The translations under genes and the position numbers were made by a program. From a candidate division FCPU426 bacterium (lineage in GTDB: Bacteria > Oederibacteriota > Muellerivitia > Muellerivitales > Muellerivitaceae): 64,000 bases of DNA. Below, in pieces: positions 38,122 to 49,501 of the stretch (position 1 is the stretch's first letter; the number at the start of each line of letters is the position of its first letter). The notes below the pieces were generated by a model. That model saw nothing but the letters and a program-made list of their open reading frames with translations. It was not told the origin of the DNA and made no database searches. The stretch is from NCBI GenBank assembly GCA_963796105.1, contig CAWCKJ010000006.1, forward strand, positions 192,001-256,000. The letters are read 5' to 3'.

Positions 38122-38997
38122 ATGTCAAATATGCTCAAATTGGGATTGCCCAAGGGAAGCCTCCAGGAGTCCACGTTTCATCTCTTCGCCAAGGCTGGTT
38201 ACAAAATCTCGTCAACCTCAAGATCCTACTTTCCTTCCATCAACGACCCGGATATGAAGCCCATGCTTATCCGCGCCCAGGAAATGAGCAGGTATGTGGA
38301 GGATGGAACTTTGGATATAGGCATTACGGGAAGGGATTGGGTGAGGGAGAACGGCTCGGATGTAGTGGAAATGGCCGAGCTCATTTACGCCAAACAGGGC
38401 CTCCGCCCCGTCCGCTGGGTGCTGGCGGTGCCTGCGGGTTCCCCGATCAAGTCGGCCAAGGATCTGCAGGGAAAAAAGATCGCTACGGAACTTGTAAACG
38501 TGTCCAAGGAATACCTGAAAAAGAACGGGGTGACGGCCCACGTGGAATTCTCCTGGGGCGCCACCGAGGCCAAACCGCCGGAGCTGGCTGACGCCATTAT
38601 CGAGGTGACGGAGACAGGCTCCTCCTTGAAGGCTAACAATTTGATCATCCTGGAAACGGTGATGGAATCCAACACTGTGGTCATCGTCAATAAGGCTTCC
38701 TGGGCCGATCCTTGGAAGAAGAAAAAAGCCGGGGACCTGGTCCTTCTCTTGAAGGGGGCTTTAGCGGCGGAGGAAAAAGTGGGCTTGAAGATGAATGTGC
38801 CGCGAGCCAAACTGGAGAAAGTGCTGAAAGTCCTCCCGTCCATGAATTCCCCCACCATCGCGGATCTCACCGATAAGAACTGGGTGGATGTGGATACGGT
38901 GGTGGATGAGAAGACCGTACGCGAGATCATACCCAAACTCAAGGACGAGGGTGCCGAGGGGATCGTGGAATATCCTCTCAATAAAGTAATTCCTTAA
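38122..38997 (+). CDS. hisG: ATP phosphoribosyltransferase (long form)
   Basis: [32 protein letters not shown]-terminal SPTI regulatory domain. Confidence 0.96.
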   Translation: MSNMLKLGLPKGSLQESTFHLFAKAGYKISSTSRSYFPSINDPDMKPMLIRAQEMSRYVEDGTLDIGITGRDWVRENGSDVVEMAELIYAKQGLRPVRWVLAVPAGSPIKSAKDLQGKKIATELVNVSKEYLKKNGVTAHVEFSWGATEAKPPELADAIIEVTETGSSLKANNLIILETVMESNTVVIVNKASWADPWKKKKAGDLVLLLKGALAAEEKVGLKMNVPRAKLEKVLKVLPSMNSPTIADLTDKNWVDVDTVVDEKTVREIIPKLKDEGAEGIVEYPLNKVIP

Positions 38998-39083
38998 AAC
39001 AAAATAATCGCTTCCTATTCATTGGGTGTGGATTTTTAAAACTCATATTTTCGTCCATTATCGAATAGACATCAGGGGTTTGA

Positions 39084-39584
39084 ATGTCCGACGCAGCAGA
39101 GCTTAACAAACAAGCGGTTCAGCTTTACAAGGACCAGGATTTATCCGGCGCTGAAAAGCTTTACCGGCAAGCCCTCCATCTCGATCCCTCCTATTTCCCG
39201 GCACAGCTAAACCTGGGAATCGTCCTGTTCAAAACCGGTCATTTCGATGAATCGGTCAAGGAATGCACAAGAGCCGTATCCTTGAGGCCTGAGAACCCTT
39301 CCGCCCATTTCCATCTCGGCAACGCCTATTACGCGAAAATGTGGTGGGAAGAGGCCATGGTGGAGTACGAGAAAGTATTCTTGCTTGACCCCAACCATAT
39401 CGACGTTCATTTCGCGCTGGGCGGCATCTATCTGAACCGTGGGTACAAAGACAAGGCTGTGGAGTGCTGGAAAAAATACCTGGAATTGGCCCCCCTCAAC
39501 ACCCCCAAGGCCAAGCTGGCGGATGAATACGTGCAGGGGACCATCGCGAACCGCGTGAATATCGGCAAATACATCGCCGAATAA
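39084..39584 (+). CDS. TPR-repeat protein
   Basis: AQLNLG, AHFHLG and VHFALG repeats. Confidence 0.88.
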   Translation: MSDAAELNKQAVQLYKDQDLSGAEKLYRQALHLDPSYFPAQLNLGIVLFKTGHFDESVKECTRAVSLRPENPSAHFHLGNAYYAKMWWEEAMVEYEKVFLLDPNHIDVHFALGGIYLNRGYKDKAVECWKKYLELAPLNTPKAKLADEYVQGTIANRVNIGKYIAE

Positions 39585-39660
39585 TATTGTTTGCCAACTC
39601 GGGATTGTAAATAGTTCAAGGGAAAGCCTGGAAGCGGCTCAAGGGAAATTAAGTTATAAT

Positions 39661-39702
39661 AAAAAAGTCGCCATCCGGTTGAAATCGGATGGCGAATCTT
39701 TT
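39661..39702. terminator. Intrinsic terminator-like hairpin
   Basis: TCGCCATCCG-loop-CGGATGGCGA flanked by A and T runs. Confidence 0.6.
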
Positions 39703-39750
39703 ATGGGTCAAGACTTATGACGGTGAGACTTGATTTGGAGATTAGGGAAA

Positions 39751-41118
39751 ATGCGGTATTTTATCAAAAAAACTCTTGTTGATGTCCCGGCCAAGGCTTC
39801 GTTTGCGTGGCATAACCGGCTTCCCGTTTTCCGCAGATTATGCCTCCCCTATGAGAAATACCATCCTTCCATCGGCTCCTCGGATGTTGGGCGTCTTGTT
39901 TTGGAGAACCGCTGCGGAATGTTTACCCGCCGTTTTGTCGGCATACAAAGCGATTTCGCGGGAGGGAAACTCCTTTGTGATGAGACGGTCCAGGCGCCTT
40001 TCCCGAATTGGACCCATCACCATCAATTCCTGCCGGAATCGGAGGATGCCTGCCTGATTACCGACCGGGTTGAGTACTCCCCGCCCCTTGGACAATTGGG
40101 GGCGCTGGTCCTGGGAAAATCCGTCGAGAAAAACCTGGACCGTCTCTTCAAATTTCGCCATCAGCGGACCCAAAATGATCTGGGGCGTTATTTCCCTTAC
40201 TCGAACAAGGGGTTATTGAAGATCGCGTTGAGCGGGGCCTCTGGAATGATCGGTTCGGAGCTGGATCTTTTCCTAAATTGCGGGGGTCACCTGGTCAGGC
40301 ACCTTGTCCGCAGAATGCCGAAACCCGATAGCAGCGAGATTTTTTGGGATCCCAACAACCGCCAGCTGGACCCCAATGAAATGGAGGGCCATGACGCGGT
40401 GGTCCATCTCGCGGGGGAGAATATCGGGGCTGGGAAGTGGACAAAGGAAAGAAAAGAAAAGATCCGCAAGAGCCGTGTGGAAGGAACCCGCTTTCTATCG
40501 GGCGTTCTCGCCGGGTTGAGAAACCCTCCAAGGGTTTTGATTGTGGCCTCCGCCATCGGTTATTACGGAAACCGGGAAGAAGAGGCGCTGGTGGAGGAAA
40601 GTCCCGCTGGAAAGGGTTTCCTTCCGGAAGTCTGTCAGGAGTGGGAAGACGCCGCCGAGCCCGCGAGGAAGGCTGGTATCCGCGTGGTTCATCTACGTAC
40701 TGGAATAGTGCTTTCCCCACGGGGAGGGGCTTTGCCCAAGATGCTGGCTCCCTTTAAATGGGGTATGGGGGGGCCTATCGGGAATGGGAAGCAATGGATG
40801 AGCTGGATTTGCATGGAAGACTTGATTGGAATCATCCATTATTTAATTTACTCCGAAAATATCGCGGGTCCCGTGAATGCCACTGCTCCTGATCCTGTGA
40901 GAAACATTGATTTTGTCAAAACCCTGGGAAAGGTCCTGAACCGTCCCGCGGTATTACCTTTGCCTGGATTCGGGGTAAAGGTGTTGTTCGGGGAAATGGG
41001 GGAGTCCTTGCTTCTGGAGAGCCAAAAAGTCCTGCCCGGCTGTTTAAATAAAAACGGCTTTTCTTTCCTCTATCCGGACCTGGAACAGGCCCTTCGCTGG
41101 GAATTAGGCCGCTTTTAA
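39751..41118 (+). CDS. TIGR01777-family NAD-dependent epimerase with an N-terminal SRPBCC domain
   Basis: WTHHHQF..DRVEY (SRPBCC); SGASGMIG, HLAGENI, ASAIGYYG, GGPIGNGKQWMSWI. Confidence 0.9.
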   Translation: MRYFIKKTLVDVPAKASFAWHNRLPVFRRLCLPYEKYHPSIGSSDVGRLVLENRCGMFTRRFVGIQSDFAGGKLLCDETVQAPFPNWTHHHQFLPESEDACLITDRVEYSPPLGQLGALVLGKSVEKNLDRLFKFRHQRTQNDLGRYFPYSNKGLLKIALSGASGMIGSELDLFLNCGGHLVRHLVRRMPKPDSSEIFWDPNNRQLDPNEMEGHDAVVHLAGENIGAGKWTKERKEKIRKSRVEGTRFLSGVLAGLRNPPRVLIVASAIGYYGNREEEALVEESPAGKGFLPEVCQEWEDAAEPARKAGIRVVHLRTGIVLSPRGGALPKMLAPFKWGMGGPIGNGKQWMSWICMEDLIGIIHYLIYSENIAGPVNATAPDPVRNIDFVKTLGKVLNRPAVLPLPGFGVKVLFGEMGESLLLESQKVLPGCLNKNGFSFLYPDLEQALRWELGRF

Positions 41119-41151
41119 CCGGACCTGAATATTCAATTGCCCCTGAGTAAC

Positions 41152-42387
41152 TCAAACGAGTTTGTCCAACCCTTTCAACCTGATGACTTCCGGCCACAGC
41201 GCCATTACCCCCAATACGACCAAAAAAGTTCCAACTCCCCCCACTAAGACCGATGGAATCAAACCGAACCATGCTGCTGTCATGCCGGACTCGAATCCGC
41301 CCAACTCGTTGGAGGAATGGATGAAGATATAGCTGACCGAGGTGATGCGGCCGCGCATGGAATCGGGAGTAAGGACCTGTACCAGCGTGTGTCTCACGAT
41401 GACGCTGATATTATCGAAAGCTCCGGCCAGGAACATCATCAAGAATGAAAGCCAGTACCAACGGGACAAGGCAAAGATGATGGTGACGGCCCCGAACCCA
41501 GCCACGGCCCAAAGGAGGCTCTTTCCAGCCCTTTTCATGGGAAGGTGGGCCACCAGGAAGGATGTGGTAAAGGCCCCCGCGGCGATGGCTGTTTGAAGCA
41601 AGCCGACCCCCGGGGCCCCGCAGTGAAGGATCTTGTCGTCGAAGGCGGGAAAGAGGGCTGTGGCTCCCCCCAGGATGACGGCGAAGAGGTCCATGGTGAT
41701 GGTGGCCAGGATAAGTTTGGTGTCGCGCACGAATTTCAGCCCCTGGAGCAGGGAATGGAGGCTGATGGGTTCTTTTTTATTTCGGGAGGCGTTTTGCCGC
41801 ACAGTTAGGATGAAAATAAAGAAAACAACTTCGATCAAGACATCAATCCAGCAGACCCTCGAGAATCCCAGCCACGTATAAAGCAAACCTCCCATGGCGG
41901 GGCCGGCCACGGACGCAATTTGGAAAATATTGCTGTTCCAGGTGATGGCGTTTGAGAAATGTTTCTGAGGGACGAGTTCGGGCAAAAGGGACTGTTTGGG
42001 GGGATCGCTGAAGGCGCGGGCGATACCGATGAGAAAGAGGAATAAGAATATCAATTGAACAGGCTGGGGCATATGGGCCGCTACCGCCAGGCCCCCGGCG
42101 CAAAGGGCGAACAAAAGGTTGCAGGCCAAGACCAGGACTTTGCGGTTGAAACGGTCCGCCATCATTCCGCCGGGAAGCATGAAAATGAATATGGGAATCC
42201 AGATGAAAAAGCCGATGAGTCCGGAGGCCATCATGGAATGGGTTTGGTGATAGACCTCATAATTCACGGCTACCCTCAGCATCTGCTGGCCCAATACCGA
42301 TAGGAAGTTGCCCAGGGTGTAATACCGGTAATTCGGGAAACGAAAGGCAGCGTAAGGGTCGTGGGTTTTGGCGTTGGACGTTGTCAT
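41152..42387 (-). CDS. MFS transporter
   Basis: GGMMADRFNRK motif A; about 12 TM segments; SSNELGGFESG. Confidence 0.92.
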   Translation of the reverse strand: MTTSNAKTHDPYAAFRFPNYRYYTLGNFLSVLGQQMLRVAVNYEVYHQTHSMMASGLIGFFIWIPIFIFMLPGGMMADRFNRKVLVLACNLLFALCAGGLAVAAHMPQPVQLIFLFLFLIGIARAFSDPPKQSLLPELVPQKHFSNAITWNSNIFQIASVAGPAMGGLLYTWLGFSRVCWIDVLIEVVFFIFILTVRQNASRNKKEPISLHSLLQGLKFVRDTKLILATITMDLFAVILGGATALFPAFDDKILHCGAPGVGLLQTAIAAGAFTTSFLVAHLPMKRAGKSLLWAVAGFGAVTIIFALSRWYWLSFLMMFLAGAFDNISVIVRHTLVQVLTPDSMRGRITSVSYIFIHSSNELGGFESGMTAAWFGLIPSVLVGGVGTFLVVLGVMALWPEVIRLKGLDKLV

Positions 42388-42611
42388 AAGCCCGGCATTG
42401 TATGGATTGAAATTCAAAAAGAAAAGGGCTGAGACGAAGCGTTTATTTAACTGGTATTAATAAAAGCCTCTCTGGCTATTCTTTGAGGCTTGATAGACAA
42501 TCCAAATGGGCGTACCTTGTTGTCCTTCTCCTTAGCGGTCTAGGGATTTCAAGGTTAGGTTTAAGAATTTTTAATCTTTTAATTTTTTTACCATTTTCAG
42601 GAGGTTGAGAA

Positions 42612-44279
42612 ATGATTTCCGATACCGTCAAGAAGGGCATTGACCGCGCGGGACACAGGGGCCTGTTGAAAGCCACCGGCGTGACCGACGGGGACATGAA
42701 GAAACCCTTCATCGGAGTGGCCAATTCTTATACCGACATCGTGCCGGGTCATATCAAATTGAACGTCCTTGGCGAGAAGATGAAAAAGGCTATCCGAGAG
42801 GCGGGCGGGGTTCCCTTCGAGTTCAATACCATCGCGGTGGATGATGGTATCGCCATGGGTCATGTGGGCATGCGTTATTCCTTGGCCAGCCGGGAGCTCA
42901 TTGCCGATGGAGTGGAGACCATGGCCATGGCTCATTGCTTCGACGCCCTCGTTTGTCTTTCCAACTGTGACAAAATCACTCCGGGCATGATCATGGGAGC
43001 CCTAAGAGTGAACATCCCGACCTTGTTCCTGACGGGCGGTCCCATGAAGGCGGGAACCGCCGCGGATGGGACCAAACTGGACTTGATCCATATTTTCGAG
43101 GGAGTCGGGAAAGTACAGGCTGGCCAAATGACCGAGGCCCAGTTGAAAGTTCTGGAAGACACAGCCTGCCCGACTTGCGGTTCCTGTTCCGGAATGTTCA
43201 CCGCCAATTCAATGAACTGCCTTTTGGAAGCCGTGGGTCTGGCTTTGCCCGGAAACGGCACGATCCTGGCAACGGATCCCGCCCGGGACGCTTTGATTCC
43301 CCAAGCGGCTAAAGCCATCATGGAAATGGTGAAGAAGAACGTAAAACCGCGGGATATTGTTGACCTGGAATCCCTGGACAACGCTTTCGCGCTGGACATG
43401 GCCATGGGCGGATCCACCAACACCGTCCTGCACACCCTGGCGATCGCCATTGAGGCGGGCATCGAATATCCCCTGGAGCGCATCAATGAGATCTCCGCCC
43501 GAACCCCATGCTTGTGCAAGGTATCTCCATCCCGCATGGACGTGCACATGGAGGATGTGGACAAAGCCGGCGGCATCAGCGCCATCTTGAAGGAACTGAG
43601 CCGTAAAACTGGAACCCTCAATCTCAAACGGCCAACAGTGACAGGAAAAACCCTTGGCGAAAATGTGGCATCCGCAAAAAGTCCGGACGGCAATGTGATT
43701 AGAACGATCGAGAAGCCATTCACCCAGGATGGGGGATTAGCCGTGCTTTTTGGGAATTTGGCACCCAAGGGCGCGGTGATCAAGACCGCAGGGGTAGATC
43801 CGGAATGTTGGACTTTCGAGGGGAATGCCGTGGTATTTGAGTCCCAGGATGAATGCCTCGCGGCGCTGGCCAAGCGGGCCGTACAACCGGGCGATGTGGT
43901 GGTCCTGAGATACGAAGGGCCCAAAGGCGGACCGGGAATGCCCGAGATGCTATCCCCTACTTCCATGATCAAGGGCCAAGGCTTGGGGAAGAAGGTCGCC
44001 CTGATCACCGATGGGAGATTTTCCGGCGGGACTTCAGGAACCTGCCTGGGGCATATCAGCCCCGAGGCTGCGGAGGGAGGGCCCATCGCTTTGGTAAAAA
44101 ACGGGGACCGCATCCTCATCGACATTAACAATCGAAGCTTGACCTTGAAGGTGGATGATGGGGAGCTTTCACGCAGAAAAGCCTCGTGGAATGCCCCGGC
44201 TCCCAAGATCAAAACAGGCTGGCTGGGACGTTATTCCCGCATGGTCACCAGCGCCAACAGGGGCGCGGTGCTTGAGTGA
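42612..44279 (+). CDS. ilvD: Dihydroxy-acid dehydratase
   Basis: [53 protein letters not shown]. Confidence 0.97.
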   Translation: MISDTVKKGIDRAGHRGLLKATGVTDGDMKKPFIGVANSYTDIVPGHIKLNVLGEKMKKAIREAGGVPFEFNTIAVDDGIAMGHVGMRYSLASRELIADGVETMAMAHCFDALVCLSNCDKITPGMIMGALRVNIPTLFLTGGPMKAGTAADGTKLDLIHIFEGVGKVQAGQMTEAQLKVLEDTACPTCGSCSGMFTANSMNCLLEAVGLALPGNGTILATDPARDALIPQAAKAIMEMVKKNVKPRDIVDLESLDNAFALDMAMGGSTNTVLHTLAIAIEAGIEYPLERINEISARTPCLCKVSPSRMDVHMEDVDKAGGISAILKELSRKTGTLNLKRPTVTGKTLGENVASAKSPDGNVIRTIEKPFTQDGGLAVLFGNLAPKGAVIKTAGVDPECWTFEGNAVVFESQDECLAALAKRAVQPGDVVVLRYEGPKGGPGMPEMLSPTSMIKGQGLGKKVALITDGRFSGGTSGTCLGHISPEAAEGGPIALVKNGDRILIDINNRSLTLKVDDGELSRRKASWNAPAPKIKTGWLGRYSRMVTSANRGAVLE

Positions 44280-44532
44280 CCTGCCGGTGAAAAGGTCGTA
44301 ACAGGACCTTTTTACCAGCTTAACTTTTGTTTGGCGTGGAGGGGATAAACCTCCAATCAAGTTTACATTTACGGCCCTTGAGGCAGTCTTGATTGCCCCA
44401 AATCCCTGTTATTTCCTAGACCTTCTGATATACTTTCGCCTCCCCAAAAGCGGTATTTGATTACCGGCTTTCCCTTTTTAGTTTGCCGGCAAGTAAACGG
44501 ATAATAATCAGTTAAATGAATGAGGTTTTTGA

Positions 44533-46377
44533 ATGACTCTGCGTGAAGATTTAAGAAACATCGCCATCATCGCCCATGTCGACCATGGCAAAACCACCCT
44601 GGTGGATGCTCTCTTTAAACAATCCGGAGTTTTTCGCGCCAATGAGCATATGGAAGAGCGCGTGATGGATTCCAACGCCCTGGAAAAAGAGCGCGGCATC
44701 ACCATTTTTTCCAAGAACGCCTCGGTGGTTTGGAACGGGGTCAAGATCAACATTGTGGACACTCCCGGCCATGCCGACTTCGGCGGGGAAGTGGAGCGAA
44801 TCCTTTCCATGGTGGATGGTGTGCTTCTTTTGGTGGACGCGGCCGAGGGGCCTCTGCCCCAAACCAAGTTCGTCCTTCGAAAGAGCCTGGAAAAGAACCT
44901 CGACGCCATCGTGGTCATTAACAAAATTGATCGGCAGGACGCGAGAGCCCACGAGGTAGTGGACGCGGTTCTGGATCTTTTCATCGCCCTGGGCGCCAAT
45001 GAGCACCAGATAAGTTATCCGGTCATCTATACGGTGGCCCGCGAGGGAACAGCCACCCATGATTTGGCCAAGCCGGGAAAGGACCTGACGCCCCTCTTCG
45101 AGACCATCCTCAAGCATTTCAAACCCATAGATGTGGACATTGTGGGCCCATTCCAAATGCTGGTGACGACCACCGCTTACAACGAGTACCTAGGCCGCAT
45201 GGCCATTGGGCGTATCAAGCGGGGAAAAATCAAGTTGAATGATCCCATCAGCCTAATCAAGCTCGACGGCCGCAAGATCGAAAGCAGCGCCACCAAGCTT
45301 TTTACCTACCAGGGAATCAAGCAGGTGGAATGCCAGGAAGCCTCAGCGGGAGACATCATTTTGCTGGCGGGTTTGGAGGATGTCCAGATCGGAGAAACAG
45401 TGGCATCCACCCTCTTCCCGGAGGCTCTTCCCCCAACCACCATCGATGAGCCCACCATGTCCATGGTATTTTCCGTCAATAACAGCCCCTTCGCCGGGAA
45501 GGAAGGCAAGTTCGTCACTTCCCGGCACTTGAGGGAGCGATTGAACAAGGAATCGGAGGCCAATCCAACGCTCAAAATCTCGGACACGGAAAGCCCGGAC
45601 GCCATCCAGGTTTCCGGCCGGGGCGAACTGCATTTGGGAATCCTGATCGAGACCATGCGGCGCGAAGGATACGAGTTCCAGGTTTCCAGGCCGAAGGTTA
45701 TCTATAAGGAAGTGAACGGCAAGACCCAGGAACCCTATGAAAACCTGGTCATTGACGTGCCCAACAACTCTGTGGGCGTGGCGATGGAGAAGCTGGGATC
45801 CCGCAAGGGCGAGATGAAAAACATGCTTCCCCTCTCGGAGGTGACCACCCGCATCGAGTTCCTGATCCCTTCCCGGTGCCTGATGGGTTTCCGGACGGAA
45901 TTCCTGACCGACACCAAGGGAGAGGGTATTCTGCACCATGTTTTCTCCGGCTACGGAGAGTTCAAAGGCGAGGTCGCCGGGAGAACCCGGGGAGTGTTGG
46001 TGGCTTTCGAGCCGGGTGTCACGGCCGCCTATGGTTTGTTCCAATTAAAGGACCGGGGAAGGTTTTTCCTGGGAGCCCGCGTGGAGGTTTACGAGGGAAT
46101 GGTGGTGGGGGAGCATACAAGGGAGAACGATATCGCGGTGAATCCCTGCAAGACCAAGCACCTCACCAATATGAGGAGCAAGGCTTCAGACGAGGCCCTG
46201 ACCCTGGAGCCCCCGACCCTATTCTCGCTGGAACAATGCCTGGAATATATCCAGGACGACGAGCTATTGGAAGTCACCCCCAAAAGCCTGAGGATGCGCA
46301 AGAAGATCCTGAACAACAACGAGCGCATGAAGGCCGAGAAATGGTTCTCTAAAACCACTCAAAACGCCCGGGCTTAA
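44533..46377 (+). CDS. typA: Translational GTPase TypA/BipA
   Basis: AHVDHGKTT, DTPGHADFGGEVER, NKID, GRGELHL, EVTPKSLR. Confidence 0.97.
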   Translation: MTLREDLRNIAIIAHVDHGKTTLVDALFKQSGVFRANEHMEERVMDSNALEKERGITIFSKNASVVWNGVKINIVDTPGHADFGGEVERILSMVDGVLLLVDAAEGPLPQTKFVLRKSLEKNLDAIVVINKIDRQDARAHEVVDAVLDLFIALGANEHQISYPVIYTVAREGTATHDLAKPGKDLTPLFETILKHFKPIDVDIVGPFQMLVTTTAYNEYLGRMAIGRIKRGKIKLNDPISLIKLDGRKIESSATKLFTYQGIKQVECQEASAGDIILLAGLEDVQIGETVASTLFPEALPPTTIDEPTMSMVFSVNNSPFAGKEGKFVTSRHLRERLNKESEANPTLKISDTESPDAIQVSGRGELHLGILIETMRREGYEFQVSRPKVIYKEVNGKTQEPYENLVIDVPNNSVGVAMEKLGSRKGEMKNMLPLSEVTTRIEFLIPSRCLMGFRTEFLTDTKGEGILHHVFSGYGEFKGEVAGRTRGVLVAFEPGVTAAYGLFQLKDRGRFFLGARVEVYEGMVVGEHTRENDIAVNPCKTKHLTNMRSKASDEALTLEPPTLFSLEQCLEYIQDDELLEVTPKSLRMRKKILNNNERMKAEKWFSKTTQNARA

Positions 46378-46419
46378 CCAGGTCTCTCCCGTTTTAACTA
46401 AATGAGATAAAATATTCCC

Positions 46420-47397
46420 ATGTGTAAACGCGCGATTTTCTTTTTGGTTTTGGGGTTTAGTTTTTTTCCGACGGTCCCCATTCAAGCCCAAACCTACCAG
46501 GTGGCATCCGCTTCTGCTACCTTGCGGGACTCCGCCCGCAATCGAAGCCTGCCCATCAAGGCCTATTACCCAAAGACTTCCGGGGAAGAGCTTTTTCCTG
46601 TCCTAATTTTTTCTCATGGAGCCGGAGGATCCAAAGATGGATACGGCTATCTTGGCCGTTATTGGGCTGCACATGGTTATGTGGTTTTACTGCCGACCCA
46701 TTTGGGGAGCGACAAATCCCTCCTGAAGCCTGGAAGACCTCTTTATAATTTGCGCGCCATAAAAGGAATGATCCATCAAGAGGATAATCTTTCCAACCGT
46801 CCCAAGGACATTTCTTTTCTATTGGATTCCCTCCCGAACATCGATCGATCTTTTCCTGGCTTGAAGGGCCGGATCGACCCGACCCGGGTGGGTGTCGGAG
46901 GGCATTCCTTCGGCGCCTATACCTCTATGGCGGTGGCCGGAGCAGGAATTTATCTTTCGCCCAGTGCGGAAAAACCAGTCCGGTTCACCGACACCAGGGT
47001 GGTCGCTTTCCTGGCCTTGTCCCCGCAGGGACCGGGCCATTGGGCTTTTCGGGAGGATTCCTGGGAAAGCATCCGTCGCCCCGTATTCATGGCCACGGGC
47101 ACCCAGGACAGGGGATTCGAGAATAACGAGGCACCGGATTGGCGGAAGAAAGCCTTTAAGAATCTAAGACCAGGGCATAAATTCCTGGCCGTGATCAAGG
47201 GCGCCAACCATATGGATTTTTCCGATACCCAATTTAACGGCAAGCTGAGAAATCCCAAGACCCATGATTGGCTTCAAAAAACAACCACCTTGTTTTGGGA
47301 CGCTTACGTCAAGGGCGATAGGATATTGCAGAAACAACTAAAGGAAAAGAAACTGCCCAAGGTTTCAAGCGTCCAAATACAGTGGGCGATCAAATAA
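46420..47397 (+). CDS. Secreted alpha/beta hydrolase
   Basis: Signal peptide; FSHGAGG; GHSFG nucleophile elbow; GTQD; GANH. Confidence 0.88.
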   Translation: MCKRAIFFLVLGFSFFPTVPIQAQTYQVASASATLRDSARNRSLPIKAYYPKTSGEELFPVLIFSHGAGGSKDGYGYLGRYWAAHGYVVLLPTHLGSDKSLLKPGRPLYNLRAIKGMIHQEDNLSNRPKDISFLLDSLPNIDRSFPGLKGRIDPTRVGVGGHSFGAYTSMAVAGAGIYLSPSAEKPVRFTDTRVVAFLALSPQGPGHWAFREDSWESIRRPVFMATGTQDRGFENNEAPDWRKKAFKNLRPGHKFLAVIKGANHMDFSDTQFNGKLRNPKTHDWLQKTTTLFWDAYVKGDRILQKQLKEKKLPKVSSVQIQWAIK

Positions 47398-47459
47398 ACA
47401 TTGATAGGCGGGCGGGTTTGAGGGTTTCTTTAAAAGAACTTCAACGTTACAATAAACCC

Positions 47460-47951
47460 ATGTTTTCCAAGCATACCAAGTTCTTCCTCATTTCGGCCTT
47501 CCTCGTGTTGGGAGGACCCACTTTGGTATCCGCCCAAACGGCGGGCGCGTCTAATCAGCCCGTTCAAGGGAGCCAAAGTTCCCCGGAAGGCTTCGCCAAG
47601 CCCTATGAGTACGAGCGTCAGGCATATGGGTATGATCCCGAGGGTGTCGAATACAACGAAAACCAAACTGAGGATTTCCAGGTGGTTTTCATCACTTCCA
47701 TGCCCTTCACGGCTTTGGCAAGTTTCTGTCTGACTGGGGTGGTGTCCCTGGCGGCCAGAAACAACTTTTCCGTCAATGGGGATTACTTTTGGCCTTTTCT
47801 GGCAGGGGTCGTGGGAGGATCGACCACCATTGCCTGCGTATCGGTCCTGACGAATCGTTATCCTCCCCCTTCCTCCCAATATTATGTCCAAGAGAGCCCC
47901 AACAAACCCATGTTGGCTTGCCAGATCCCGCTGGTTACGGCCCGGTTTTAA
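47460..47951 (+). CDS. Hypothetical membrane protein
   Basis: Signal peptide plus two hydrophobic segments; ends in Phe. Confidence 0.7.
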   Translation: MFSKHTKFFLISAFLVLGGPTLVSAQTAGASNQPVQGSQSSPEGFAKPYEYERQAYGYDPEGVEYNENQTEDFQVVFITSMPFTALASFCLTGVVSLAARNNFSVNGDYFWPFLAGVVGGSTTIACVSVLTNRYPPPSSQYYVQESPNKPMLACQIPLVTARF

Positions 47952-48041
47952 CTTATAAAGATTTTTGTTTTGGCTTTTCAAGATCGGGTTAAAATAAGTA
48001 GCTTTCCGGAAGGCTTTATCTCTCTGCAAGGAGCGTCTGGC

Positions 48042-49259
48042 ATGTTTAAAAGAATTTTAGCCATGGGTATCTTTTGGTTAGGTTTGAGTTTGGCATGGGC
48101 CCAGGATATGCCCCCGCTTCCATCTCTGCCTGGCGATCAGAATGCCGCCCCAGCGGGCAACAGCACCGCCGCGCCATTGCCCGCATTGCCGGGCCAGTCC
48201 ACCGCTCCGTCCGCGGACAATTCCGCTCCCTTGCCCGCTTTGCCCGGACAGACAGCATCTCCGTCAACGGATAATGCATCTCCATTGCCGGCATTACCGG
48301 GACAAGCGCAGGCTCCTGCCGCGGACAATTCAGCCCCTTTGCCAGCTTTGCCAGGGCAAACAACCTCCCCGTCATCTGACAATGCCGCTCCCTTACCGGC
48401 ATTGCCGGGACAGCCAGCGGGTTCTTCGACAGATAATGGAGCGCCTTTGCCCGCGTTGCCGGAGCAAGCTGCGGCACCCGCAGCGGATAATTCCAACGCC
48501 ACCCCACTACCCGCGCTGCCAGGGCAGAATGCCGTGTCTTCTGCCGATAATGCCGCCCCTTTGCCGGCTTTGCCGTCATCCGGCGGAACCCCCACTGCCA
48601 CAGGCAGTTCAGCCGCCATGCCCCCACTTCCTACCTTGGGAGGGATTTCCTCGGATAATACCAATACCGGGGCATTACCTGCACTTCCTGGAAATGGAGT
48701 CTCCGCTCAAGCCAGCCCGACTACGGCGTCGACGGTTGAGACCGCTCCTTCCAAGGGTTCCAGTTCGACAGAAGGGGAGGCGGTTTCCAAAGCGAAGGAA
48801 ACCATCGAGAAAAAATGGCATCCCCCTGTTCCTCAGCCCAACGTCATTTTCGGGGGCTGGGTTTTGGCTAAGGGCGGGAATGATGGATCCAGAATCGCCT
48901 GGGCTTCGCAGGAAATCCTGAATATATTGGAATTTAAGGGTTATAAAGTCGTTAAGGAAGAAGGCCTTTATGAAGGTCAAAAAGGCCGCCAGTGGAGGCA
49001 ATTTAGTTTTAAAAGCCCCAAATCGCATGCCCTTCTGCAGGTCTATGTCCGCACGGCGGGCAAAAAAGTTTGGATGAGGGTAGGGCCTTCCGAGCCTCCG
49101 GCTGGGGAGACGATGGCCTTCGTGAAAAAATTGAAAGCTGAAGATTTGAAGGCGTTGGGCTTATTGCGGAAGCATTTCAAAAAGCATTTGCTTCCCCACA
49201 AGTATGTGCCTCTTTGGGAGGCTTCTTACCGTTGGCACCAAGAAACGGCGGATGAATAA
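48042..49259 (+). CDS. Secreted protein with ~11 PLPALPGQ-containing 18-aa repeats and a basic C-terminal domain
   Basis: AAGGAG RBS; signal peptide; repeats conserved at protein level with synonymous divergence. Confidence 0.85.
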   Translation: MFKRILAMGIFWLGLSLAWAQDMPPLPSLPGDQNAAPAGNSTAAPLPALPGQSTAPSADNSAPLPALPGQTASPSTDNASPLPALPGQAQAPAADNSAPLPALPGQTTSPSSDNAAPLPALPGQPAGSSTDNGAPLPALPEQAAAPAADNSNATPLPALPGQNAVSSADNAAPLPALPSSGGTPTATGSSAAMPPLPTLGGISSDNTNTGALPALPGNGVSAQASPTTASTVETAPSKGSSSTEGEAVSKAKETIEKKWHPPVPQPNVIFGGWVLAKGGNDGSRIAWASQEILNILEFKGYKVVKEEGLYEGQKGRQWRQFSFKSPKSHALLQVYVRTAGKKVWMRVGPSEPPAGETMAFVKKLKAEDLKALGLLRKHFKKHLLPHKYVPLWEASYRWHQETADE

Positions 49260-49268
49260 TAGATCCTG

Positions 49269-49454
49269 ATGTTCCGGCATACTCTTTCCTATTTTCTTTT
49301 CGGCATCGGTATCGCGGGGTTTATGTTTGCCCTTGGCAGGACCTATTACATGGTATGGAAGTCCCGCAAGGAAAGGGAGTCCCGGAGAAGTCCGCGGGGA
49401 GCAAAAGATTTAAAAATCCATTTGATGTCGGGGCAGGACAAGCCTGAGGATTAA
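49269..49454 (+). CDS. Small single-TM protein
   Basis: Fills the operon gap; TM helix followed by a basic tail. Confidence 0.55.
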   Translation: MFRHTLSYFLFGIGIAGFMFALGRTYYMVWKSRKERESRRSPRGAKDLKIHLMSGQDKPED

Positions 49455-49501
49455 ATACCTGATGCGAGAGCATTACATCCTGAAATGGATTGGGGAACGA
49501 C

